This document shows, one piece after another, positions 20,110 to 30,099 of a stretch of 47,436 bases of DNA; position 1 is the first letter of the stretch; each line of letters begins with the position of its first letter. The stretch lies in sequence record SRR31156797_666. One strand, 5' to 3'. The notes under the pieces are model-generated. The model was not told the DNA's origin. It did no database searches and saw nothing but the letters and a program-made list of their open reading frames with translations. The translations under genes and the position numbers were made by a program.

Positions 20110-21150
20110 CTATTCAGCGTTTGTTACATTAATTGTATCATCTGATGTAATCATATCCAAAAGGCCTGACCACAATGGATGGTCTTTATCAAGTACAAGA
20201 GTTGTGTTATCTTCCAGTGCCATTTCTAATGCCTGTAAAGAACGCCAGTACGCATAGAATTCCGGGTCAACAGAGTATGCGTTTGCATAGATTTCCAGTG
20301 CCTCGGCATCTCCCTCACCTATGATTTGTTCGCTTTCTAGTACTGCACCAGCTATTGCTTCTCTAGCCTGCCTGTCAGCAGAAGCGACTTCCTTCGTATA
20401 GTATGCTTCACCTTCAGAACGTGCCTGCTGAGCTTTTTTCTCCCGATTGGCAATCATCTTATCATAAGTTGACTGTAGGTTTGAATCCGGCAGAATAGTT
20501 CTGTGTACTTCCATATCAAGGATTTCAATACCCCTTGTACGGATTTTTTCGTTTATGCTTTCCTGTGCAGTAATCATCTTCTCATTCCATAGTTCTTTAT
20601 TATTAATAAAGTCCTTACTGGTTGTATTGTTAACGGCTTGAATTATTTCAGGGAATACCATATTGTCTAGATATAGGCTTGCTTTGCTGGTGTTTCCCAT
20701 CTTTAGAGCAAACAAACCAGGATTTGAGATTTTCCACTGTGCATACATTGTAATTCTATATTTATTTTTCTCGTATGTAAATACATCCTCTTCAGAGGAA
20801 ACATATGTATACAGCCAGTCATCATACTTTTGTACCTGATCAATAAATGGAATCCTAAAGAACAGTCCCTTACCTTTTTCTATAGATGCATTATTTAGCT
20901 TTGCACCTTCGACAGTTAGAGTTTCGGGATAATTTTCAATAAAATCATTGTCCTCTGCTATTATTATTCTTGTAATTTCACCGAATCTTTTTACTATGGC
21001 CTGCTCATGCTCGTTTACTGTAAACACCGATGCAGAAATCAACACGATTATTCCTATGATTATTGCTGAAACTGTTATAATGTGCTTAACAGCTTTTGAT
21101 ATTTCATTCATATTTTGTCTCCTGTTAAGGTTTATAGTGTTATTATCCAT
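20110..21150 (-). CDS. hflC: Protease modulator HflC (SPFH)
   Basis: N-terminal TM, FTVNEHEQAIVKRFG, GLFFRIPFID, YDKMIANR..A...RSEG and DPEFYAYWRSLQA motifs. Start is ATG 21150 or 21111; both have an RBS. Confidence 0.9.
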   Translation of the reverse strand: MDNNTINLNRRQNMNEISKAVKHIITVSAIIIGIIVLISASVFTVNEHEQAIVKRFGEITRIIIAEDNDFIENYPETLTVEGAKLNNASIEKGKGLFFRIPFIDQVQKYDDWLYTYVSSEEDVFTYEKNKYRITMYAQWKISNPGLFALKMGNTSKASLYLDNMVFPEIIQAVNNTTSKDFINNKELWNEKMITAQESINEKIRTRGIEILDMEVHRTILPDSNLQSTYDKMIANREKKAQQARSEGEAYYTKEVASADRQAREAIAGAVLESEQIIGEGDAEALEIYANAYSVDPEFYAYWRSLQALEMALEDNTTLVLDKDHPLWSGLLDMITSDDTINVTNAE

Positions 21151-21151
21151 A

Positions 21152-22084
21152 CTATTCACCCCCTATTGGCAAGAATTTGATAGTACCGTCACCGCTGTTT
21201 TCAATAATGTATTTATCACTAGAATTGCTCATAATCGTCTCGATTGTCTCGATATATAGTCTTGTTCTTGTGATTTCTGGATTCTGAATGTATTTTTCAT
21301 ACACTGCGTTGAATACGGCAACTTCACCTTCCGCAGACGCAATGGTCTCTGCCTTATAGGCTTCTGCATCTTCTATCATTTTGTACGCCTGAGCTTCTGC
21401 CTGCGGTACTACTTCATAGTAATATTTTTCGGCTTCGTCAGTTTTTCTGTCTCGTTCATTTTCAGCATTTATAACATCCATGTATGAAGATTCAACTTCT
21501 GTAGGTACTACAATATTCTGAATTTCCACCTGTTCTGCTGAAACACCTATATTATATGAACGAAGCATGTCATTAAAATCAGCTTTTACATTCTCTGATA
21601 TTTCTTTTTTATTATTCATAGCAGCATCTAGAGAGTTGGATTGGATATTTCTTCTGATAACAGTTTCAAAAGCGAATCTTAGTGTTTCAAATGGTTCATC
21701 AACTTCGTAGAAGTACTGTTCAGCGTCTGTTACAACAATCTGATAGATAGCTTCAACGCTTACAATGTTTAGGTCACTGGTAATCATAATACTTTCAGAA
21801 GCTACATCCTGATACATTGCCCCTTGGGATGTAGTTGCTGTTGATGTTGTTCTGAAACCATATTCAAATGTATATTCCTCGGATGTTGACTGACGTTTAA
21901 TGGCCTGCGCAATCGGTATATGCCAGTACAGACCAGCATCATCGATAGTTTTTGTTAACTCGCCGAAGGTCAGCACCAATGCCTGTTCCCCTTCGTCTAT
22001 TCTGTATATTGAGGTGACACATAAAACAATGACAATAAACACCAGAATAGCCCAAAAAATTCCCTTTATTCTTTTTGCACTCAT
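21152..22084 (-). CDS. hflK: Protease modulator HflK (SPFH)
   Basis: EQALVLTFG, GLYWHIP, MITSDLNIV, VP.EV...Y.DV and NPEITRTRLYIETIE motifs; GGAGGT RBS before ATG 22084. Confidence 0.9.
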   Translation of the reverse strand: MSAKRIKGIFWAILVFIVIVLCVTSIYRIDEGEQALVLTFGELTKTIDDAGLYWHIPIAQAIKRQSTSEEYTFEYGFRTTSTATTSQGAMYQDVASESIMITSDLNIVSVEAIYQIVVTDAEQYFYEVDEPFETLRFAFETVIRRNIQSNSLDAAMNNKKEISENVKADFNDMLRSYNIGVSAEQVEIQNIVVPTEVESSYMDVINAENERDRKTDEAEKYYYEVVPQAEAQAYKMIEDAEAYKAETIASAEGEVAVFNAVYEKYIQNPEITRTRLYIETIETIMSNSSDKYIIENSGDGTIKFLPIGGE

Positions 22085-22242
22085 GTACAAATACCTCCAT
22101 AATAATGTGTATTAATTATAACAGAATTTTTAACTATTTCATAATTTTATATTGTTTTATACGTTTTTATGGTTAACTTGTCGTGATATCGTTATTTTTA
22201 CGAATTAATTTATTAATTAGACAAAAGAAAAACAGCGATTTA

Positions 22243-22689
22243 TTATTCGCTGCTTCTTAGTGAATTGCATATTTCCTTTGCAGTATTCAGCAATACCGAA
22301 GAGAACATATAGTCATGTCGTCCAACACGAGCAATCAATATCCCCGCCGGTGTTTTATCATGAGGCAGGTAAACAAATACCATTGATGTTACGCTGCTGC
22401 CAGTAATTGCTAAGTCATATAGTTCGATATGTGTAATTCTTAACCTATAGGTAATATCAACGCAGATATCAAGAATACAGTTAATATTATTAGTAACTGC
22501 AATATCGCCATCAGCATATGCATGATTTAATATAATCTTTCTTGCCAGTTCTTTGTCGATTATATTTGTCAGATGATTCTTAATTGAAGCATGCAGGTTG
22601 CCCGAGCTCATTGTATTCGTATGTATAACGCTATGATTATCTGCATCAGTATCTAGCTTTTTTGTTGAAATAATTTTTAGCCGAGTCAT
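22243..22689 (-). CDS. Hypothetical protein (148 aa)
   Basis: Clean ORF with AGAGGA RBS filling an intergenic gap; no family recognised. Confidence 0.7.
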   Translation of the reverse strand: MTRLKIISTKKLDTDADNHSVIHTNTMSSGNLHASIKNHLTNIIDKELARKIILNHAYADGDIAVTNNINCILDICVDITYRLRITHIELYDLAITGSSVTSMVFVYLPHDKTPAGILIARVGRHDYMFSSVLLNTAKEICNSLRSSE

Positions 22690-22916
22690 ATCCTCTTTCT
22701 TCCTTTACATATGTAAGCACTTACTTTATAAGTGAAAGTATACTAGTTCTTATAACGAATTAAATGTACTAACTGTAATATTTTTATGAAATTTCTATAT
22801 AAACGCTATCCCATATTAGAATAACACAATTAATAGTTAAAGAAAACACAATAAAGTAATTGTGTTTAGGATTTAAAAAGGAACATTTGTAACGAATTAT
22901 AAGATTTTATAATTTG

Positions 22917-22945
22917 TTGACATTAAAATTTTATCATAGTATACT
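22917..22945 (+). promoter_or_regulatory. Near-consensus sigmaA promoter of the MATE gene
   Basis: TTGACA-17 bp-TATACT. Confidence 0.8.
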
Positions 22946-22983
22946 TCAAAAGGCGAATTACAATAACAACAAAAGGAAATAAT

Positions 22984-24369
22984 ATGGATAAATCAAAACA
23001 TCTTGGTACTATGGATATAAAGAAACTGCTGCTGATAATGTCAGGACCAGCTGCATTGTCAATGATGGTACAGGCTCTGTACAATGTAGTGGATTCAATA
23101 TTTGTATCATGGTTAAATGAAGAGGCTCTGACCGCAGTAACACTTTCGTTTCCTTTACATATGATTATAATATCAGTTTGTGTAGGATTAGGCATTGGCG
23201 TTAATTCAGTTATTTCCAGAAGATTAGGTGAAGGGAATAGGGATGCAGCAGTGAATGCTGCAGAACATGGCTTTTTTATTGGTCTGATTATTTATATAAT
23301 AATTGCTTTATGTGCTATAAAGCTTCCAAGATTATTTTTCTCAAGTTTTACAGAAAATGAATTAATAATAGATTATGCTACAAAATATATAACGATTGTA
23401 ATGGTCTTTTCATTTGGAATGATTTTCTCTCAGGTGTGTATGAGCATCCTTCAGGCAACAGGTGATATGGTAAGTTCTATGTGGATACAGATCATAGGAG
23501 CTGTAACAAATATACTTCTTGATCCGCTTTTTATATTCGGAATTCTCTTTTTCCCCAGAATGGAAGTTGCAGGTGCGGCTATTGCCACTATTCTTGGGCA
23601 GATTGCATCAATGGCAGTTGCATTTATAATTCTGTTTAGAAGCAAAAGAGGTCTAAAGCTGGATTTGAAAAAGTTTAGTTATAATCCAAAAACTATTAAG
23701 AATATTGTTGTCGTAGGCATACCAGCTGCCATTATGCAGGGATTGGCATCAATTATGCTGGCTGGTTTGAATAAAATCGTGTCAAGATTCGGTGATACTG
23801 CTCTTGCAGTTCTGGGAGTATATTTTAGACTGCAGTCCTTTATATTTATGCCCATTTTTGGTATTACAACTGGTATAATGCCTATTGCAGGATATAATTA
23901 CGGTGCAGGGAATAAGAAGCGCATTATTGAAGCTAGTAAGTATGGATTAATAATTACAATTATAATAATGGCTATTGGAACGCTGTTGTTTCAGTTTGCA
24001 CCAGAAGCTATGCTAAAGATATTTAATGCATCGGATGCAATGATGGAAATAGGAGCTGTGGCATTCAGGAGAATAAGCATAGGGTTTATCTTAGCAGGTA
24101 TCAGTATAATTATTTCAGTTAATTTCCAGGCAATAGGAGATGCTTATCTATCTATGATAGTATCATTTATCAGAATGCTGATTGTTATTTTGCCTTGTGC
24201 ATATTTTTTAAGTATAAAGTTTGGTCTTGATGCAACTTGGTTTGCATTCCCGATTTCCGAAGTTATATGTATTCTTTTCGTTATACTCTTTGCTATTGTA
24301 GTATACAACAAGAAGATAAAGAATCTAGTGCCCATAGAGAAAAAAGAGGGCACTAGCGAGGATGTTTAG
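22984..24369 (+). CDS. MATE family efflux transporter
   Basis: P...SM.VQALYNVVDSIFV, NILLDPLFIFG, GAAIAT and GYNYGAGN motifs; about 12 TM. Confidence 0.95.
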   Translation: MDKSKHLGTMDIKKLLLIMSGPAALSMMVQALYNVVDSIFVSWLNEEALTAVTLSFPLHMIIISVCVGLGIGVNSVISRRLGEGNRDAAVNAAEHGFFIGLIIYIIIALCAIKLPRLFFSSFTENELIIDYATKYITIVMVFSFGMIFSQVCMSILQATGDMVSSMWIQIIGAVTNILLDPLFIFGILFFPRMEVAGAAIATILGQIASMAVAFIILFRSKRGLKLDLKKFSYNPKTIKNIVVVGIPAAIMQGLASIMLAGLNKIVSRFGDTALAVLGVYFRLQSFIFMPIFGITTGIMPIAGYNYGAGNKKRIIEASKYGLIITIIIMAIGTLLFQFAPEAMLKIFNASDAMMEIGAVAFRRISIGFILAGISIIISVNFQAIGDAYLSMIVSFIRMLIVILPCAYFLSIKFGLDATWFAFPISEVICILFVILFAIVVYNKKIKNLVPIEKKEGTSEDV

Positions 24370-24396
24370 ACTAAGCTTTACTATTTAGAAGTTTTG

Positions 24397-25386
24397 CTAT
24401 GATTCTTTTAAATTATCTTTTGGTTTTACAGGAATCAGCAAATCAAGATACGCATTGCTTATATCTTTATTCTCTTCTTTAATATAAGAAATTGCATTCA
24501 GATGTTCTTCCAGAGAGCCAGACATACCAAGGGGCTCTCTTCTTTCGTATTCATATTCTTCTGAGTTTTCTACCCATTTTGAGAATGCTGCCCATTTGTG
24601 GAAGTCACCCATCTTAATACCGTATGCGGCGTAAAGTCCGCCTTTAAAATGTTTCTTTTCAAGTGGTGCAGGTACTTCCATATCTTCTGATATTGTTATA
24701 TAGAATTCATATCCGTACTCTTTTTTTCCTTCAACAGGCATAGGATTATTAAATCCGTAGACTCGTAGGTCCGGCTTAATTTCGCATATATTGTTTTCTG
24801 CTGCGAATTTAGTCAGTGCATCATATGCCTTGGTTTCAGGCTCAATTCCGTAATACTGACTGGACGCAACATATGAGGGAGGAATGTACAGAATCCGTAC
24901 TGTGTCCAGTGACTTGGAATCTGAAATGTTCTTCTTGAGATTTATCATACTAATGTTCTCCTTTTTATTTGTATTGGTGATTATAGGAGAAATAATATCA
25001 GTGATTTTATCATTACTTAAGAGCATATCAGCAGTAATTGTATAACAGTTTTCCTGTAGTTTTACAATAAGCATTTTCAACATTTCTTTTATTGCAGTAA
25101 GAGAATCAATACTACTATCAATGGCTATTATCTCTCTCTGAAAAATATCCACAGCAGTCATAGCATCAGCATTACTTAGGATTGATTTAATATCCTTTAG
25201 CTTGAGGTTAAGATTTTTCAGCAGTACAATCTGCTTTATTTGTGCTATTGTTGTCTCATCATACATTCTATAGCCACTGTCGCTTTTACGAATGCTTTTT
25301 ATCAATCCGATTTCTTCATAATATCGAAGAGTACGGGTTGAAACATTAAGTTGTTTTGAAACTAAGCTGATACTTTTTATATCCAT
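24397..25386 (-). CDS. MerR-family regulator with C-terminal GyrI-like effector-binding domain
   Basis: VSTRTLRYYEEIGLI..SGYRMY HTH; C-terminal YGFNNP..YGYEFYITI..GGLYA..LEEHL. Start placed at ATG 25386 behind GAGGTG. Confidence 0.92.
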   Translation of the reverse strand: MDIKSISLVSKQLNVSTRTLRYYEEIGLIKSIRKSDSGYRMYDETTIAQIKQIVLLKNLNLKLKDIKSILSNADAMTAVDIFQREIIAIDSSIDSLTAIKEMLKMLIVKLQENCYTITADMLLSNDKITDIISPIITNTNKKENISMINLKKNISDSKSLDTVRILYIPPSYVASSQYYGIEPETKAYDALTKFAAENNICEIKPDLRVYGFNNPMPVEGKKEYGYEFYITISEDMEVPAPLEKKHFKGGLYAAYGIKMGDFHKWAAFSKWVENSEEYEYERREPLGMSGSLEEHLNAISYIKEENKDISNAYLDLLIPVKPKDNLKES

Positions 25387-25402
25387 TAAGCACCTCAACA
25401 TG

Positions 25403-25433
25403 ATTGTACAGCTTTACGCTGCGTCAAAGTCAA
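25403..25433 (-). promoter_or_regulatory. MerR-type autoregulated promoter/operator
   Basis: TTGACT-19 bp-TACAAT with the dyad TTGACGC-A-GCGTAAA in the spacer; the 19-bp spacer is diagnostic of MerR-activated promoters. Confidence 0.85.
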
Positions 25434-25547
25434 CACTTTTCCCTGTATTTATATTAATATAATAATTATGTAACATCAATTGTGATATAATTAATTTTGG
25501 CATAGTAGTATATTTATTATAACAATTTTTTGAAGCAGGAGGTATTT

Positions 25548-26153
25548 ATGTTTAAGTCTGGAAGAGCAGATGATTACATTTTGAGAAGTTTTATATATGA
25601 TAAATCAAAGTACAAAAACGGATTGTATCAGACACCAGAATTAACAGCATACGCATTTGGAGAGAAATATAATAGAGCCTCAATTGAAAAAGACAGGGAG
25701 TATGGCGGAATAATTATAAAAATTATTGATAATGGCAGAGAAGCCTACACTTGGAATAGAGTTTTTATTGGGGGAAAGCGAAATGTAATAAATATGTTCT
25801 TAGCTACATTAATTAAAATGGGATTGGATTTTTTGCTATGGAACAAGAGCAATACTTTCGCTGCTACTGTACATACCCATGCGTCCTGTAAAAATAAAAA
25901 AGGTGAATGGATAGGTAACGGAACATTTTTCTTTTCTGCTAATGATATGAAGTTTCTGCCTCAGAATAGATATATGATTGCTCCTGATGGGGCACTTCAC
26001 TGCGCGGAGGGCACACCATCAAGATTTGTTAACAGACGTAAAGGCAGCAATAGAACCCAAAGATACTATGAGGAGCATGGCTGGTGGTATGGTGAAATCA
26101 AGGGATATGGATTGCCGTATGACTCTGTATGCGGTCCATATAAACCTGAGTAG
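25548..26153 (+). CDS. Stand-alone DUF4329-like (JAB/MPN-type) domain protein
   Basis: AYAFGEKYNRASIEKDREYGG, VHTHA, FSAND and YMIAPDG motifs; AGGAGGT RBS before ATG 25548. Confidence 0.7.
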   Translation: MFKSGRADDYILRSFIYDKSKYKNGLYQTPELTAYAFGEKYNRASIEKDREYGGIIIKIIDNGREAYTWNRVFIGGKRNVINMFLATLIKMGLDFLLWNKSNTFAATVHTHASCKNKKGEWIGNGTFFFSANDMKFLPQNRYMIAPDGALHCAEGTPSRFVNRRKGSNRTQRYYEEHGWWYGEIKGYGLPYDSVCGPYKPE

Positions 26154-26155
26154 GC

Positions 26156-28072
26156 CTATTCTTCAGAGTTTTCTGATGATTCGGTTTCTTCATCTTCAGT
26201 ACCATCTTCCTCATCGTCTGGTACACCATTGTTGTCCTGGTCATCGGATACATAGATAAATCTAGCATACAGATACGGATAGTTGTCGAATTTACCCATA
26301 ACATCGGCATATGCATTGTATCGTACGTCTTTCTCCAAGTCATTCAAACCATTATACTCTATCATCAGCATTTTTGGCTCTGCATCTGTACCTGCATTAA
26401 ATAAGAACATTCTGGCTTCTGGAGTATCTATTCTTTCTACAATTGTTCCGTTGAGCACATAAACCTGTCCTATTAATGTATCTGGTCTAGATGTCAGTGC
26501 ACTATAGTCTAATGCCCAGGCACTTCTTGTGTATTCACCTTCCAATGGTACTCTGAAAATATTGTGAGTCAGAGTTGCAGTACGTCCATCTGGGGTAGAT
26601 GCAAATAGATTAATTTCATTCCATCCAAATTTATTGAGCTTAATCTTAATATAGAATTTTCCTGTTGTTGCATTAACAGGGATATAGTCAATTTGTAAGT
26701 CAGCATCAGTTGTGAGCGTTGCTCCCGGCTCAGTTTCTCCCTCAATTTTTATAATTTCGTTTTGCTCTTCAGTAGGAGGTGAATCTAGTTCTATGGAGAT
26801 ATCCTTTTCAGGTACATTTACTGCTACTTCATATACATTTGCTCTGTAACCATCCTTTTCTACCTGAATAACAATTGTATTTTCTCCAGGAGAAATATCT
26901 ACATATGTGCTGGTATAGCCCTCTGAGTCAATATTTGCTGTCAGGTTTTTCTTGGTCTCGGTATCACCGATAAGCACACGTGAGTCTTCATCAACCTTAA
27001 CCTTAACATACACTTCTGTAGCGTCAACTGTTGTTCCCTGTTCTACTGGACTGATAACAGTAAGTGGTGCCAGCGGAATGCTTATTCTGTACTCAGGTAC
27101 TTCCAGCTCTGTTTCTACACCTTCGCTGTCAAAGTGCCAAGCCTGTAAGTCAATATAGGCAAATGCGCTGTCGTAGTATTCTTCACCTGATAATGGAATA
27201 TAGTTGTAGTCATCCAGCTCCAGAATAGCTTCATTGCCCTGAACTGTGAGAGTTCGCTTAATATTATGGCTTTCATCTTCTACTAGTATCTTGTCTCCAT
27301 CTTCTCCATAGAATGTTATTCTATGCCAAGTTTGTCCGTCTATCATAACACGCTCAACCAAGGTCTCTCCGCCGTTAGGCAGCTGGTCTCTGGCGACAAA
27401 TATTTCGGACATACTGGAGGATATGCTCTTTATAAGGAAGCTTATTCCTATGAAAATACCAAAAATAAGTCCAGCACCAACTAAGCAGACTAAGATTAAT
27501 CTACCCCATTTTAAAGAGCTGTAGCGTTCTTTTGGCTTCGTCTTATTCTTTTGGGTCAACTGATATTTTTTCTTTGATTTAGTAGATTCAGGAGGTATTA
27601 TTACACCAATTTCCTGACCTTCTCTATAACCTGATATTTTTTCGGCATTTTTTGAAGGAGTGTCATACTGGTATCGTGAACCTCTTCGTCTTTTCTTTGT
27701 ATTTTGTATTTCGCTTTCATCTTCCAAAGAGACAATCGGCACATTGTCAGTACCACGATATCCATGCTTTGGTTTTTTACGGCTGCCCCAGATACCTTGT
27801 TCCTTTGCATGTTCACGCCTGGTATATACTTGATAATTTTTCTGTTCTTTTTTTACCTGTTTTACAACATCTTCATTCAAATCCACTTCAAATGTATAAC
27901 TATTATCATCATGTATAATACTGCTTTTGTCAGATGTATCATTGGGTATATCGGACCATAGCTGAGGACTATTATTACTTTCCTCAATATCGGATTCAGG
28001 GAGTATTGTAGCGCATACATAGCACTTTTTATATTCAGGTTTATTATAAGCACCGCATTTTGGGCATTTCAT
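26156..28072 (-). CDS. Zinc-ribbon single-pass membrane protein with Ig/cadherin-like extracellular region
   Basis: CPKC..CYVC N-terminus, charged disordered region, one TM, beta-rich ectodomain and acidic tail containing DQDNNGVPD. Confidence 0.8.
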   Translation of the reverse strand: MKCPKCGAYNKPEYKKCYVCATILPESDIEESNNSPQLWSDIPNDTSDKSSIIHDDNSYTFEVDLNEDVVKQVKKEQKNYQVYTRREHAKEQGIWGSRKKPKHGYRGTDNVPIVSLEDESEIQNTKKRRRGSRYQYDTPSKNAEKISGYREGQEIGVIIPPESTKSKKKYQLTQKNKTKPKERYSSLKWGRLILVCLVGAGLIFGIFIGISFLIKSISSSMSEIFVARDQLPNGGETLVERVMIDGQTWHRITFYGEDGDKILVEDESHNIKRTLTVQGNEAILELDDYNYIPLSGEEYYDSAFAYIDLQAWHFDSEGVETELEVPEYRISIPLAPLTVISPVEQGTTVDATEVYVKVKVDEDSRVLIGDTETKKNLTANIDSEGYTSTYVDISPGENTIVIQVEKDGYRANVYEVAVNVPEKDISIELDSPPTEEQNEIIKIEGETEPGATLTTDADLQIDYIPVNATTGKFYIKIKLNKFGWNEINLFASTPDGRTATLTHNIFRVPLEGEYTRSAWALDYSALTSRPDTLIGQVYVLNGTIVERIDTPEARMFLFNAGTDAEPKMLMIEYNGLNDLEKDVRYNAYADVMGKFDNYPYLYARFIYVSDDQDNNGVPDDEEDGTEDEETESSENSEE

Positions 28073-28301
28073 TTAGTATCATTCCTTATCGGGTTTTAGC
28101 GTGTATATTGTACGCTATTATTGTATATTTTACAAATACTCTTGATAATTGTTTGCATTATTTACGTTTATGTTAACATTTTATGCATAAATCTGCAGTA
28201 TTTATTGGTACAATAATTTCATAGTGAATAAACACGTTTTATATGCATACAAGTATTTACATTTTATATACAGTATATTGTTGCTTTGCACCAATCATGC
28301 T

Positions 28302-28330
28302 TTGTAAAATCATTGTATCCATGTTAGAAT
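28302..28330 (+). promoter_or_regulatory. sigmaA promoter of the DUF6106-iscS-thiI-mrfAB operon
   Basis: TTGTAA-17 bp-TAGAAT with a TGn extension. Confidence 0.55.
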
Positions 28331-28369
28331 ATTATACACGAAATTTTAAGTTTTGGGGAGTGTAATTTT

Positions 28370-28924
28370 ATGCAGAGATTTTCAGATACATTTCATGAGG
28401 AGATAATTGTCAGAGATAACAAAGCTATGACTAATATATTCTTTGGTTTACAGACAATATTTATGGTTTTGACAGCAATTATGGCTTTTATATATCTTCA
28501 AGGCGTACTTGGCATGTTTAAGCAAGGATTTAATCTGATGGTATTAATCAATTTTGTCGTTTTTGCAGGTATTGCTGTTCTTTTGTTCTTTACCAGAAAC
28601 AACTTAAGAATAGACTATGAATATTCATACACCAATGGCATAATGGATTTCGCAATGGTAAAGAATAATAAAATCAGAAAAGAATTAGTCAGTTTTAAAA
28701 TAAAAGAAGTGGAACTGATGGCACCAATTATGACAAATGGTTTTGAGCGATATCAGTCAATGAACGATATCAAGAAAATCCGTGCATGGCTTAATCGTGA
28801 TAAGGTAAAGTATTTTGTCATTACCAGAGTTGATGGTGAGAAACATATGCTAGTAATTGAGCCAAGTGAGACTTTTGTTAATATTTGCTGGAAAAATAAT
28901 CCCAGCGCAGTAAAGAAGAATTAA
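28370..28924 (+). CDS. DUF6106-like 2-TM membrane protein
   Basis: D.F.EEII, two TM helices, IDYEYSYTNG.MDF..V.N...RK and IEPS motifs. Confidence 0.75.
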   Translation: MQRFSDTFHEEIIVRDNKAMTNIFFGLQTIFMVLTAIMAFIYLQGVLGMFKQGFNLMVLINFVVFAGIAVLLFFTRNNLRIDYEYSYTNGIMDFAMVKNNKIRKELVSFKIKEVELMAPIMTNGFERYQSMNDIKKIRAWLNRDKVKYFVITRVDGEKHMLVIEPSETFVNICWKNNPSAVKKN

Positions 28925-30075
28925 TGAACACAATATATTTTGATAATGCGGCAACGACCAGACCTTTTGATGAGGTTATTGATGCTGTACTTGAAATAAT
29001 GGAACAAGAATACTATAATCCATCCTCACCCTACAGAGCAGCTATTGAGATAGAAAAAAGACTTGATATAGCTAGAGAAAACATACTTAAGGTTTTAGGT
29101 AGCAAAGGCAGGATTATATTTACTTCCGGAGGCAGCGAGTCAAATAATCTGGCAATTAGAGGCATTACTGCAAAATTAAAAAATTCAACAATTATAACAT
29201 CGGCTACAGAACACCCTTCTGTACTTAAAACTTGTCAGCAGGTATCAGACGAATTAGAAAGTAGTTTGGTTATTTTAAATGTTGATAAGCAGGGGCATGT
29301 TATTGAGGATGAGCTGATTAAAGCTGTATCAGAATACGACAATCCTTTTGTCAGCATTATGCATGTTAATAATGAAACTGGCACAATAAATGATATTAAG
29401 CGTCTATCTCAATTGGCAAAGGAGTACAACCCAAGTTGTCTATTCCATGTGGACGGCGTACAGGGTTTCATGAAATCGCCTATTAATCTGGCTGACACTA
29501 TGGTAGACTCATATTCCATTAGTGCTCACAAAATCCACGGACCCAAAGGTGTGGGGGCGTTATATATTATAAAGGATAATATCCTAAAGCCAGTAACAGC
29601 AGGCGGCGGACAGGAGGATTCCTATCGGGCTGGCACCCATAATACTCATGGTATAGCAGGACTTGGCAAGGCTGTAGAAGTATATACGAAGAATATTGAT
29701 ACAATTCATGATAGGATGAGGAGTATTAAGAACACAATAATCAGAATGCTAAATGAAAACGAATTAGATTTTATTGTCTGCGGTGATGAATTGGAAAAGA
29801 GTGCACCACATATATTAAATATTGCATTTAGAAAGATAAAAGGGGAGGTGCTTTTATCATCTCTTGAGCAATCAGGCATTATTGCAAACACAGGCAGTGC
29901 TTGCTCCTCGAAGAAGATAAAGGTAAGCTCAGTACTGTCAAGAATGAATATTGATAAAAACTACATTGAAGGAGCTCTGCGTCTAAGCTTTGGGGCAATG
30001 AATACAGTTGACGAAGCTGTACAGTGTGCAGATGTTCTGACTTCATCTGTGAAAAGATTAATTAAATTCAGTTAA
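28924..30075 (+). CDS. Cysteine desulfurase (IscS/NifZ-like partner of ThiI)
   Basis: YFDNAATT, FTSGGSESNN, EHPSV, MHVNNETG, HVDGVQ, SAHKIHGPKG and GSACSS motifs. Confidence 0.95.
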   Translation: MNTIYFDNAATTRPFDEVIDAVLEIMEQEYYNPSSPYRAAIEIEKRLDIARENILKVLGSKGRIIFTSGGSESNNLAIRGITAKLKNSTIITSATEHPSVLKTCQQVSDELESSLVILNVDKQGHVIEDELIKAVSEYDNPFVSIMHVNNETGTINDIKRLSQLAKEYNPSCLFHVDGVQGFMKSPINLADTMVDSYSISAHKIHGPKGVGALYIIKDNILKPVTAGGGQEDSYRAGTHNTHGIAGLGKAVEVYTKNIDTIHDRMRSIKNTIIRMLNENELDFIVCGDELEKSAPHILNIAFRKIKGEVLLSSLEQSGIIANTGSACSSKKIKVSSVLSRMNIDKNYIEGALRLSFGAMNTVDEAVQCADVLTSSVKRLIKFS

Positions 30076-30099
30076 TATATTTTGCATAAGGAGCAAAAA

